Of a stretch of 64,000 nt of DNA, positions 26,941 to 36,490 are shown in pieces. Each line of letters starts with the position of its first letter. The first letter of the stretch is position 1. Made by a program: the position numbers and the translations under genes. The stretch comes from Candidatus Pacearchaeota archaeon (GTDB taxonomy: Archaea > Nanobdellota > Nanobdellia > Pacearchaeales > JAHJTO01): NCBI GenBank assembly GCA_038849525.1, contig JAWCMS010000002.1, positions 28,322-92,321 on the forward strand, given 5' to 3'. The notes below the pieces were generated by a model. The model saw nothing but the letters and a program-made list of their open reading frames with translations, ran no database searches and was not told the origin of the DNA.

Positions 26941-29496
26941 ATGTCTGGAAAAAGAGATGATGCCGCTGTTAAAACATTAATTAACAGAATTCTAGATGAA
27001 CATTTCAGCCAGAAAAAAGAAAAAAAACTAGAAAAAGAAAAGAAAAATCTTTTTGAAGAGAAAAAAGATATAAAGAAACTTAAGGGAAATAAGATGGAAG
27101 AAAAAAAATCTGATAAACTAATGGAAAGAAACATCCTATGGCTAAATGAGATAGGCAAGGAAGATATTAATATTGCTGGCGGCAAAGGCGCAAATCTTGC
27201 TGAAATGTATAATATAGGGTTACCTGTACCACCTGCATTTATTATCACTGCAAATGCCTTCAAGAAATTTATCGAAGACACTGGCTTAAAAGATAGAATT
27301 CTTAATGAGTTAAAAAAGATAGACATAGAAAATACTTCCTATTTAGAACAAAAAGCATCTGAAATTCAACTTATGATTACAAGACAAAAAATACCACAGC
27401 ATCTTGAAGAAGAGATTATTGAAGCTTATAACAACATGAATGTAGACTCTTCTATTCTTAAAGCGGCTTCGTCAGATGTTTTGAATATCATAAAAACTGC
27501 AAGAGAACCAATATTTGTAGCTGTCCGTTCATCAGCAACAACGGAAGATTTAAAGACAGCAAGCTTTGCTGGACAACAGGAAACTTTTTTGAATATAAAA
27601 GGTACAGCACAGCTGATAGAAGCAGTAAAAAAATGCTGGGCTTCATTATTTACAGCCAGAGCAATTTATTATAGGGAAAGAAGAGGATTCGAACATGAAA
27701 AAAGTCTGATTGCTGTAATTGTCCAAAAAATGATCAATTCAGATAAATCTGGAGTAACTTTTACAATAAATCCTGTGACAAACAATAAAGATGAGATTGT
27801 TATCGAAGCAGTTTTTGGTTTGGGAGAAGGGATTGTATCGGGAGCTATTGCTCCAGATAGATATATTGTCGACAAGCATACAAACAAAATAAAAGAAAAA
27901 TTTGTTTCATTTAAGCCAATCTATTTTACTAGGAGCAGTAGTGGTAATACTGTAAAAAGTAATTTGCCAATGGAAAAAATAAATGAACAGGTTCTTGAAA
28001 ATTATGAAATTATTAAGTTAGCAAATTATGCTAGGGATATAGAAGAACATTATGGGATCCCACAAGATATAGAATGGGCAATAGAATATGGAAAAATTTA
28101 CATTGTACAAACAAGACCTGTAACAACAGTAGAAAAGGAAATAAAAAAAGTTGATATTTCTGGTAAAATAATTCTTGATGGGCTTGCTGCAAGTCCTGGA
28201 ATTGCAACTGGGAGAGTCAGACTCATAGGAACGCTTGCAGATTTGTCAAAACTTATTCCAGGTGAAATTTTAGTAACGAAAATGACGAATCCTGATATGG
28301 TTGTTGCAATGCAAAAATCTGCTGCAATAGTCACAGACGAAGGTGGTCAGACATGCCATGCCGCAATAGTTAGTAGAGAAGTTGGGTTGCCGGCAGTTGT
28401 AGGAACAAGAAAGGCAACTAAAGTTTTACAGAATGGTCAACTAATTACAGTTGATGCCTATAATGGCAAAATTTACGAAGGGAAGGTTGAAATCCAAAAA
28501 GAAGAAAAAGCAATTGAAACAAAAGAAGAATTAAAAGTTAGCGAAGAAGTGGAGATGCCAAGTGAAACTGTAGAAGAATTTCTTGAAGAAGAAAAAATTG
28601 AAGCAGAACGAAAAATACCAAAAGTTTATATGAACTTAGGAGAACCAAATAAAATCTATGATTACAAGAATCTGCCTTTCGATGGGATAGGATTAATGAG
28701 GCTTGAATTTGTAATAGCTTATCAAATAAGACGTCATCCTTTATTTCTTATTGAATTAGGACAAGAGGACAGGTATGAAGAAGGAATTGCAAAAGGAATA
28801 TCAATTGTTGCAAAAGAAGTTTATCCAAAACCAGTAATAGTAAGATTTTCTGATTTTAAGACAAATGAGTATAGAGGATTAGAAGGGGGAAACAAATATG
28901 AAGAAGAGGAAAATAATCCAATGATAGGGTTTAGAGGAGTAAGTAGATATATAAGCAGAGAATTTGAACCAGCTTTTAGACTTGAATGCAAGGCAATTAA
29001 AAAAGCAAGGGAAAAATTAGATAATATACATGTTATGTTGCCTTTTGTTAGAACAGTAGAAGAAGTAAAGAAATGCCTTAAAATAATGAAGGAAGAGGAC
29101 TTAATAAGAAACAATACATTTAAGATATGGTTAATGGCAGAAGTTCCTTCGATTGCTTTAATTCCTGAAGAATTTGCACAACTTGATATAGATGGAGTAA
29201 GCATAGGAAGTAATGATTTAACTCAACTTATTTTAGGCGTAGATAGGGATTCTGCACTACTTGGAAGGATGGGGTATTTTAATGAAAGAAATCCTGCAGT
29301 TTTGAAGGCAATTCAAAATATAATAAAAGGATTTCATAAATATGGAAAGACTGTAAGCATATGTGGCCAAGCTCCTTCTGTGCATTCTGAAATCGTTGAG
29401 TTTTTAGTAAAAGAAGGAATAGATTCTATTTCTGTGAATCCTGATGCTGTAGAAAAAGTCAAGGAGCATATTAATAAGCTTAGTTTGAATAATTAA
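26941..29496 (+). CDS. ppsA: Phosphoenolpyruvate synthase (pyruvate, water dikinase)
   Basis: ATP-grasp N-domain (NIAGGKGANLAEMYNIGLPVPPAF). Phospho-His domain (TDEGGQTCHAAIVSREVGLPAVVGT). C-terminal PEP-utilising TIM barrel. 851 aa. Confidence 0.9.
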   Translation: MSGKRDDAAVKTLINRILDEHFSQKKEKKLEKEKKNLFEEKKDIKKLKGNKMEEKKSDKLMERNILWLNEIGKEDINIAGGKGANLAEMYNIGLPVPPAFIITANAFKKFIEDTGLKDRILNELKKIDIENTSYLEQKASEIQLMITRQKIPQHLEEEIIEAYNNMNVDSSILKAASSDVLNIIKTAREPIFVAVRSSATTEDLKTASFAGQQETFLNIKGTAQLIEAVKKCWASLFTARAIYYRERRGFEHEKSLIAVIVQKMINSDKSGVTFTINPVTNNKDEIVIEAVFGLGEGIVSGAIAPDRYIVDKHTNKIKEKFVSFKPIYFTRSSSGNTVKSNLPMEKINEQVLENYEIIKLANYARDIEEHYGIPQDIEWAIEYGKIYIVQTRPVTTVEKEIKKVDISGKIILDGLAASPGIATGRVRLIGTLADLSKLIPGEILVTKMTNPDMVVAMQKSAAIVTDEGGQTCHAAIVSREVGLPAVVGTRKATKVLQNGQLITVDAYNGKIYEGKVEIQKEEKAIETKEELKVSEEVEMPSETVEEFLEEEKIEAERKIPKVYMNLGEPNKIYDYKNLPFDGIGLMRLEFVIAYQIRRHPLFLIELGQEDRYEEGIAKGISIVAKEVYPKPVIVRFSDFKTNEYRGLEGGNKYEEEENNPMIGFRGVSRYISREFEPAFRLECKAIKKAREKLDNIHVMLPFVRTVEEVKKCLKIMKEEDLIRNNTFKIWLMAEVPSIALIPEEFAQLDIDGVSIGSNDLTQLILGVDRDSALLGRMGYFNERNPAVLKAIQNIIKGFHKYGKTVSICGQAPSVHSEIVEFLVKEGIDSISVNPDAVEKVKEHINKLSLNN

Positions 29497-29559
29497 ATTT
29501 ATCACTTAATAGTGAACACAGATAGAAAGATTTTTAAATTCTTATAACATAAAAAGATT

Positions 29560-30222
29560 ATGTCAAATAAAAATTTAAAAGAACTTGAACAACTTGTAAA
29601 AGAAGTAAAATTTATAGACTTAAATCTAGAAAATATAATCAAAAAACCATTTGATTCTTATGATTCAAGGCACAATCTTGATGCTATTGTAAAGCATGAA
29701 TACCCTATAGATACAGCTGCTTCTTCATATTTTCATGATGATGACATTCCATATATGAATAAGTATATAACAAAAGTAGTTGAAAAAAGGAAAAATAAAA
29801 TGAAAGAGATTATTAAAAATAATTTTGAAGATTATCTTAATGAAATTGATGAAAAAAGTTTACTTGAGCTCGCTTTTAGTATGGATGAAAAGTATAGAAA
29901 AATATTATCTGCTGAAGGAAGTTATGAAAAAATAATAAGCCTTATAAGAGAATATGCCGCACATCCTGACCTTTGTATTGAATATATCAAAAACAGCAGA
30001 AATCCAAATGTATTACAAGACACTTATAATGCTATAATCGAAGTAGAAAAGCAAACAATTGCAAATAGAGAAGGATTTTTTAGCATAAATGAAAATGAGG
30101 GAAAGATTATTTTAAATAGAAATAATGTTGAGAAGTATATAATTAGTATGGTTGATAAAAGTGATGCTAACAAAAAAAATAAAATTTACTCTGGTATCGT
30201 AGAATCTTATTTTGAAAAATAA
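29560..30222 (+). CDS. Hypothetical protein
   Basis: 220-aa ORF with coding-like composition; no recognised motif. Confidence 0.3.
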   Translation: MSNKNLKELEQLVKEVKFIDLNLENIIKKPFDSYDSRHNLDAIVKHEYPIDTAASSYFHDDDIPYMNKYITKVVEKRKNKMKEIIKNNFEDYLNEIDEKSLLELAFSMDEKYRKILSAEGSYEKIISLIREYAAHPDLCIEYIKNSRNPNVLQDTYNAIIEVEKQTIANREGFFSINENEGKIILNRNNVEKYIISMVDKSDANKKNKIYSGIVESYFEK

Positions 30223-30280
30223 ATATTCTTTTTAAAAAATCAATCTTAATTTAAGATGCTATCTACTTGAGAAAGTTTTA

Positions 30281-31162
30281 CTATTTAGGCATAAATCCAG
30301 TAATTTTTTTCACAACAATGGCCATTTCTCTAAGATATTCATCTGCTCTTTCCCTCCAAAGCTGGATTTCTTCGCCTTTTATGTCTGTAATTTCTCCTCT
30401 CAAAATTTTATGAGTCAATGAATAAAGTTCCCTATACCAATCTACATATTTTTCTTTCAGAAGCCCTTTATCGACTAGAAACTCACGCATTGCAGCAGGA
30501 ATATGCTCTGGACTTGGAGGAGATTGTTTTGCAGCTATTAATGCAGAATGAGATGAATCGACAAATGCCCAGTATATAGCTTCAAGAGAATTAAGCATTG
30601 ATGTTTTTGCTCGAAGTAGATGTGCAGGTGCCCTGCCTAAAGTTATATAAATCATTTCAGGAGTCCCTTTTATTTTTCCTTGGATCATTAATGATTTAAG
30701 AGGATTAAAAAATCCTCCAAAGTCAATTAATGGAACACCCCATCTTATAATATTAAGAATTACTGGCTCTCCCCTCATCATCTCACTCCACCAAGTTGTT
30801 AATCTTACTGTATTAATGTGTAATGGCTTGATATAAGGATTTTTATTGATTATTTTACCGAGCTCTTCACGATACCATGCAATAAGTTCAGAATCCCATT
30901 GGATTGTTGCATCGTCTATAACAATTATTATATCAATATCTGATTTTGGTGTTGTGATTCCTTTTGCTGCAGAACCGAAAAGAATAATGCTTTTTATGAC
31001 TTTGCCTATTTTCTGATAAACTTTGTTTGCGAAGTCTAGTGCGATATCTTTATCATTAGCAAGTTTTAAGGTAGGAAAAGTTTTTTCCATCTCTTCTTTA
31101 GTTTTTTTTGGTTTTAATTCAGTCTTTTCGTTTTCTTTTTTAGAATTCTTTTTATTCACCAT
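30281..31162 (-). CDS. Pol-beta-superfamily nucleotidyltransferase with KNTase-like C-terminal helical domain (paralog of 22912-24711)
   Basis: ILFGSAAKGITTPKSDIDIIIVIDD NTase motif. The C-domain ...GVPLIDFGGFF...GKIKGTPEMIYITLG... aligns with the large paralog. Confidence 0.55.
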   Translation of the reverse strand: MVNKKNSKKENEKTELKPKKTKEEMEKTFPTLKLANDKDIALDFANKVYQKIGKVIKSIILFGSAAKGITTPKSDIDIIIVIDDATIQWDSELIAWYREELGKIINKNPYIKPLHINTVRLTTWWSEMMRGEPVILNIIRWGVPLIDFGGFFNPLKSLMIQGKIKGTPEMIYITLGRAPAHLLRAKTSMLNSLEAIYWAFVDSSHSALIAAKQSPPSPEHIPAAMREFLVDKGLLKEKYVDWYRELYSLTHKILRGEITDIKGEEIQLWRERADEYLREMAIVVKKITGFMPK

Positions 31163-31218
31163 CTTTTTGTTTATATATTAAACAATTTTTTATTTTTAAA
31201 TGTTGTTTTTTGATGTTT

Positions 31219-32991
31219 TTATTCCATTGGTGCACCTGAAAATCTTGACTGTTTTCCAGATATTGTGCCACCAAGTGAAACAGGCAGAGCAGAAAATCCT
31301 GCACCATACATAGCAAAATGCTGTTCTGGAAATGTAACTCCGTATCCTACACCGCCAGCACCGTAAAGCCCTCGCGCTGTGGCCCACGTGGGTGAGGGCG
31401 TTGTAGTATAAATTGGAGAGCTTAGTGCTTCAATAGCATATGGATGAGCTGATGTTTTAAATTGTGTAACCCATGAGCCTGCCTCAATGATTGACTTTCC
31501 TGTAAAACCTGCTTTTTCTATTTCCTCCATCATTTTTTTTATAGGAACATTTCCCATTCCTGGAGGCAAGTCGGAATGTTCCATTCCAAAATTATCTGTC
31601 AAATGAACCTTTTTAACATATGGTGCAATTTTTTTGGTTTCTGCAATAATTTCTTTTTCTTTAAAACCTTTCTGTCGCATTAGGTTTATATGTGCGATAT
31701 CCCATGTTGCTCCAATGAGCTTTTCTGCCTCTTTTTCTGCTTTTTCTCTTTTCATTCCTGAAGCGACAGCTTTTTCTATAAAATGTTCACGACTTTTATC
31801 AATAACTTTAGCTAATGATTCTGCTCTTGAAAACACCATATTAGGTAAAACATTTTCAATAGCGATTATTGGAGTATTTTCACCAAACTTCTTGTAAGCT
31901 TCCCATGCAACGTTGCCTATTGTTTCAGGAGCTTTTTCAAGTGCAAAATCTGTAACAGGTTGGTACAATTTTGGTGGGTTGTGTTTAGTTATATTTTCCA
32001 TTAAATTCAATGAATGAATAAGGATGTTCCTTTCTTCTAGAGGGTCTAATGCTGCGAGTTCTTTTTTTTCTTTCCACATTTTTGCAATTTGATTCATCTT
32101 CTCTTTTGTTTTTTCATCTCCGTATTTGTAAACCCATTCGTATAATGTTCTGAATCTTGTTGCTGCATCTTCAAAATAAAGTCTTGCTCTGTTTAATTTT
32201 AACCAATCTTCTCTTTGTTGGGGAGTCATTTCTGCTTCTGATTTTATTTTTCCTTCCATAATTGATTTCAAAAGTATGTCTGCGCTGGGAACTTGAGCCA
32301 TTATTTCATCTCCTATTCTCAGCATATCTGAAACTTTAATCAAATGGTTTTCCCATTCTGTTGCATTAATAGAATCAAGCCTTTCTTCAGGAGACCTATA
32401 TATCGGCTCTACTTCTCCAAGAGTCATCATCTCTTCACCTCTTATTGCTGTCAGTTCTCCTGATTCCCTATTTATTGCAACAATTATGTTTCTTTGTGGT
32501 TTTTCAAATTCAAATTTTCCAATTTTTTTCTGCCAATCTTCTGCGGGAATAACAGAGCCATGAATAGTTACAGGAATATTTCCTTTCGGATTAATTGCAT
32601 GAGCCTTTTCTATTATCCCAAGAAGATGCCTTTCTGCTTCTTCTCTTGATATCTCGCTCCATCCTCTGTCAGTAAATCCTGAAGGATCTATTAAAGGACC
32701 ATGTATTGTCACTTCTGCATTCGCAAGTTTTGCAAGTCTTTTCATTTCCTCGAAATGCTGTTTTGGAATCTGCTCAAATATCTCAGGTGACATTGTTCCC
32801 ATCTCTACTGTATTAATTCCTTCTCTCAATCTTGCCTCAACTTCAGCAAGCTGATTTGCTGTCTGAATAGAAGTAGTTGCACCTATATTAGCTGCAGAAA
32901 GACTGTATCCGGTAAACAACTCACTGTATCTAGCAGACAATTCTGGGTCTAGACTAGCATAAGAACCAATATATGATTTTGAATAAATCAT
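31219..32991 (-). CDS. Large protein containing a xylose-isomerase-like TIM-barrel (sugar-phosphate isomerase/epimerase / AP-endonuclease-2 fold) region and a Gly/Ala-rich C-terminal tail
   Basis: ...YVKKVHLTDNFGMEHSDLPPGMGNVPIKKMMEEIEKAGFTGKSIIE resembles the PF01261-type C-terminal barrel region. The last ~70 aa are G/A/S/P-rich and GC-rich at the DNA level. Confidence 0.35.
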   Translation of the reverse strand: MIYSKSYIGSYASLDPELSARYSELFTGYSLSAANIGATTSIQTANQLAEVEARLREGINTVEMGTMSPEIFEQIPKQHFEEMKRLAKLANAEVTIHGPLIDPSGFTDRGWSEISREEAERHLLGIIEKAHAINPKGNIPVTIHGSVIPAEDWQKKIGKFEFEKPQRNIIVAINRESGELTAIRGEEMMTLGEVEPIYRSPEERLDSINATEWENHLIKVSDMLRIGDEIMAQVPSADILLKSIMEGKIKSEAEMTPQQREDWLKLNRARLYFEDAATRFRTLYEWVYKYGDEKTKEKMNQIAKMWKEKKELAALDPLEERNILIHSLNLMENITKHNPPKLYQPVTDFALEKAPETIGNVAWEAYKKFGENTPIIAIENVLPNMVFSRAESLAKVIDKSREHFIEKAVASGMKREKAEKEAEKLIGATWDIAHINLMRQKGFKEKEIIAETKKIAPYVKKVHLTDNFGMEHSDLPPGMGNVPIKKMMEEIEKAGFTGKSIIEAGSWVTQFKTSAHPYAIEALSSPIYTTTPSPTWATARGLYGAGGVGYGVTFPEQHFAMYGAGFSALPVSLGGTISGKQSRFSGAPME

Positions 32992-33085
32992 AATTCACCT
33001 CTTTTAATTATAATTATTAAATTTATCGGATTTATTAACTTTTTTAAAAGCATGTAAAAGTTTTATCCTATAATTATATATAAAA

Positions 33086-33619
33086 TTACATTGCTGGCTT
33101 ATATTTTTTTATCTTTTCTTTTCTTTCTCTTTCTAACATTTCATGGTCTAGTTGCTTTATTTTAATTTCTTCAAAAGGGGTATACTCTTTTTCAAATGTT
33201 ACTTGCAATTTTGGCATGAAAACTTTTTCTTTTGCTATTTCTGCAAGTTCTGCTTTTTCAAATATTTTTGGTATTGGTGTGAATTCTGAAAGTGAAATTA
33301 TGGGGCTTTCGTATTTTCTTTCTTCTTCAGATGGCTTTGCAAGATAGCTTATTTTTTCTTCCTTTTCTTCTTCTTTTTCAATTTTCGATGACATACCTAC
33401 TGTTGCCTCAAGATTTCTTTCTATTTCTAAAGAAGAAGCTTTTTCAGGAAGAATTGAAATAAATTCTTCTTTTTCCTTTGGAATCAGTGACTCTTCAAGA
33501 TTTTCTGGTTTTTCCTTTTCTTCTGCTGATTCTTTAGGTATATCTGATTCTTTTTTTGATTTTTTCTTTTTTAACATTTCCCATGCCTTGCTTATTTCAT
33601 TATCTATTATTACTCCCAT
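33086..33619 (-). CDS. Acidic, low-complexity (Glu/Lys-rich) hypothetical protein
   Basis: Highly charged EEKEK repeats. Directly downstream of the 491-aa hypothetical gene. Confidence 0.3.
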   Translation of the reverse strand: MGVIIDNEISKAWEMLKKKKSKKESDIPKESAEEKEKPENLEESLIPKEKEEFISILPEKASSLEIERNLEATVGMSSKIEKEEEKEEKISYLAKPSEEERKYESPIISLSEFTPIPKIFEKAELAEIAKEKVFMPKLQVTFEKEYTPFEEIKIKQLDHEMLERERKEKIKKYKPAM

Positions 33620-33664
33620 ATTATCTAAAAGAAAAAGATATATTTAAGATTATTGCCAATTTAA

Positions 33665-35140
33665 TTATAATTCTCCTTTAGATTTTAATATTGCTTGAAC
33701 TTCTGCTCTTTTTAATCTTAATCTTTCAAGAACATCTGGCTCATCAAAAGGATTTGGAAAAGAGGCCATTCCTCTTGATTTCTTAAAAACATCATAAATT
33801 TTGAAACATATAGATGCTGACTCTAGCTCTGTAAGTTCACGGACAATAGATTCTTCATAGCTATCTGGAGGAATACCTTTTTCTTTTAGCATTTTCCCTT
33901 TTTCTTCCTCTTCTTTTTCAATTTCTTCAGGGGTTTTTTCCTTTTTTTCTTTCTTTTTTACCCCCCATCTTTCTTTAAAGTCTGATAAAATTCCTGAAAA
34001 CAAACCTTCTTCTTTCGGTTTTTTTTCTTCTTCATCTTTTTTTGTGTATCTTTCTATATCTTCTTTTAGAGCTTCTAGAGATTCTGTTGTAACTGCTGTA
34101 ACTGCAAAAATATCTTTCAAATCCTTTTCCTTTTTAAGATACTTCAATAAACATAATTCATCATCATTCAAGGCATAAGCTTTGAAATTAATAGTTACTT
34201 TGCCTGAATGCATTGCTTGCTGCGTTGGAAATGTCCTGAAAGAAAAATTTATTATGCCTATTTTATTGTAATTTCTTAGTTTAAGATTCTTAAATCTTAT
34301 TGGGAGGTCTTTTGCGATTACTGCATCAACAACATTGAATTTTGATTTTCCTATCAATTCAAGCTCAAGAATCATTGTACCAAATACTGAAACAAGAGAG
34401 GGGGTTTCTGTTCCTTTCATTCTCAATTCTTCTGCTGCTGTAAGATATGGTTTTACCCATTCTGTATAAAGTTTTAATGTATTAACCTGACTTTTAAGAT
34501 AGCTTTTTTCTATTTCATATCTCTTTCTCAGTTCTTTTTCGCTTAACTTTACCCATTCGAAAAATTCTGCTACTCGCGGTTTCAAAACTCTCTTTACTAT
34601 TTCATTAAGATCCATTGAGTCTACAGCTTCCGGAGAAACAGCTGCCATAAATGCAGGTCGTAATAAAGTAAATCCATACTGATGCGTCATGTTGTCTATA
34701 CTCCCCATTCCTCTTTTTGAATCTACAGTAGAGAGCCATCTCTGCTTCAACCCTAAAATACCCATTTCTCTAACTTTTGGATCAGTACTTTTCGCATTAT
34801 TATAGTCATTAAAAAGCATTTCAAATTCTTTTAGATCATAAATCAAATTAACTATAGATTTTATCAGAGTATTGACATAACCAAGAATCTTTATGCTTTC
34901 TTCTTGCATTCTTGTTGCTCTTTGACCTAATTCTGCAAAATAGCTTGAGCCAGGAGATGTCATAAAATTGTCTTTTGTTTTTGTTAGCTCATCTGAAAAA
35001 AAATTTTTTGCAAAATCAATTATCCAAAAATAAATAGGCTGTAAATTATCTATAGTCGTTTCATAGTTCAACTCATTTTCCCATACGGGCTCTTTGTATC
35101 TTGGATTTATTTTTGCAATTAATTCATCTAACTCCCCCAT
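33665..35140 (-). CDS. Hypothetical 491-aa protein with coiled-coil and charged C-terminal region
   Basis: Long ORF with coding-like composition; no catalytic motif recognised. KEKK-rich linker near the C-terminus. Confidence 0.3.
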   Translation of the reverse strand: MGELDELIAKINPRYKEPVWENELNYETTIDNLQPIYFWIIDFAKNFFSDELTKTKDNFMTSPGSSYFAELGQRATRMQEESIKILGYVNTLIKSIVNLIYDLKEFEMLFNDYNNAKSTDPKVREMGILGLKQRWLSTVDSKRGMGSIDNMTHQYGFTLLRPAFMAAVSPEAVDSMDLNEIVKRVLKPRVAEFFEWVKLSEKELRKRYEIEKSYLKSQVNTLKLYTEWVKPYLTAAEELRMKGTETPSLVSVFGTMILELELIGKSKFNVVDAVIAKDLPIRFKNLKLRNYNKIGIINFSFRTFPTQQAMHSGKVTINFKAYALNDDELCLLKYLKKEKDLKDIFAVTAVTTESLEALKEDIERYTKKDEEEKKPKEEGLFSGILSDFKERWGVKKKEKKEKTPEEIEKEEEEKGKMLKEKGIPPDSYEESIVRELTELESASICFKIYDVFKKSRGMASFPNPFDEPDVLERLRLKRAEVQAILKSKGEL

Positions 35141-35179
35141 CTTTCCTCTTTTTAAAAACTATAATATTAAATAGAGGTT

Positions 35180-35761
35180 TTGGCTATAAAAACCTTTTTG
35201 ATATTAAGGAAATATAATGGAAAAGTATTTATTTTTACATTTCAAAGAAAAGATATGATTGATGTCATTTTTATTATAGCAGAGAAGGATTTCAGAGATG
35301 AAGAACTTTTCCATACAAAAGAAGAGATTGAAAAGAATGGTTTTTCCAGTATAATTGCTTCAAAAACTACTGGTATAAAAACAGGAATGCTCGGAGGAAA
35401 GGCTAAAGCTGAAATAACACTAAAAGAAATTAATGTTAATGATTGTAAAGCAATTATTTTTGTTGGTGGTTCTGGAAGTTACCAATATTTCAATGATAGT
35501 ACTGCATTAGGTATAGCAAAGGAGGCATTTAAAAAAGGAAAGATTATCGGAGCGATATGCATAGCCCCTGCAATTCTCGCGAATGCAGAAATACTGAAAG
35601 GAAAAAAAGCAACTATATTCAAGGGAAAGGAAGATATGATTGAAAGCAAAGGTGCATTTTATAAGAATAGCAATGTTGTTAAAGATGGGAATATAATAAC
35701 AGCATGTGGTCCTCAAGCAGCAAGAGAATTTGGAAAGGAAATTGCAAATATGTTAAAATAA
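35180..35761 (+). CDS. DJ-1/PfpI-family protein (class I glutamine amidotransferase-like)
   Basis: ...AIIFVGGSGS......GKIIGAICIAPAILANAEILKGKKAT with the nucleophile-elbow Cys (AICIAP). Confidence 0.75.
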   Translation: MAIKTFLILRKYNGKVFIFTFQRKDMIDVIFIIAEKDFRDEELFHTKEEIEKNGFSSIIASKTTGIKTGMLGGKAKAEITLKEINVNDCKAIIFVGGSGSYQYFNDSTALGIAKEAFKKGKIIGAICIAPAILANAEILKGKKATIFKGKEDMIESKGAFYKNSNVVKDGNIITACGPQAAREFGKEIANMLK

Positions 35762-35762
35762 A

Positions 35763-36041
35763 ATGGTATTTGAATGGCTCAAAAAAAAGCCTATAGAGAG
35801 GGTAGAAGGCAGAGAGATAGAAATAAAAACGGATACAAAGGAAGAAGATATAACTAAAAAAGCAATAGAAAAAAGCGAAGAACAGATTAAAGATCAAGAA
35901 AAAAGGGAAAAAATAAACAGATTTATTTCAAGAATTTCAGCAATAATGGAAAGAATCGAACTGCTTGAAAGGAAGATGGATAGAGTAGAAAGCAGATTAG
36001 GAATAAAAGATGAGGCGAAAAGAAGTGAAGAAAAGAAATAA
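35763..36041 (+). CDS. Small charged coiled-coil protein
   Basis: 92-aa Lys/Glu-rich ORF that overlaps the lspA start. Coding status is uncertain. Confidence 0.25.
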   Translation: MVFEWLKKKPIERVEGREIEIKTDTKEEDITKKAIEKSEEQIKDQEKREKINRFISRISAIMERIELLERKMDRVESRLGIKDEAKRSEEKK

Positions 36042-36459
36042 TAAGAAAGAGGAATACAATTATGAATACCTATTTTTGCTATTTGCAATAATTGTATTTA
36101 TAGACAGGATACTAAAGACTTTTTTGAGAGAGGGATGTTTTTATAAGTTTTGCATAAAAAAAGCGATAAATACCGGGGCAGCATTTGGAATATTTCCAGG
36201 GATGACATGGTTTTTTATTGCTATCGCTATAGTGATACTTATTTCAATAATTTTGTTTATTAATGAATTTGGGAAAACAGCGAGAATCGCACTAGTGTTT
36301 ATAGCAGCAGGAACCACTGCAAATCTTATTGATAGGATTTTTTTTGGTTATGTAATAGATATTCTTTCTGTTTTCGGTTCTTCTTCATTTAATCTGGCAG
36401 ATGTAAGTAATTGTATAGGAGCGATTATTCTTATTTATAGTTTAATTAGAAAAAAGTAA
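36010..36459 (+). CDS. lspA: Lipoprotein signal peptidase (signal peptidase II)-like membrane protein
   Basis: Four TM segments with NTGAAFGIF and ...GYVIDILSV...FNLADVSN motifs (NTGAAFG / VVDF...FNVAD of LspA). Confidence 0.55.
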   Translation: MRRKEVKKRNNKKEEYNYEYLFLLFAIIVFIDRILKTFLREGCFYKFCIKKAINTGAAFGIFPGMTWFFIAIAIVILISIILFINEFGKTARIALVFIAAGTTANLIDRIFFGYVIDILSVFGSSSFNLADVSNCIGAIILIYSLIRKK

Positions 36460-36490
36460 TATTTAAAATCCCTTCCCTATTAAATCAAAT

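Noticed and set aside
30281-31162. HEPN domain call for the C-terminal helical domain of the NTase paralogs
   Set aside because: No Rx4-6H HEPN motif could be located by eye. The domain is described only as KNTase-like helical.
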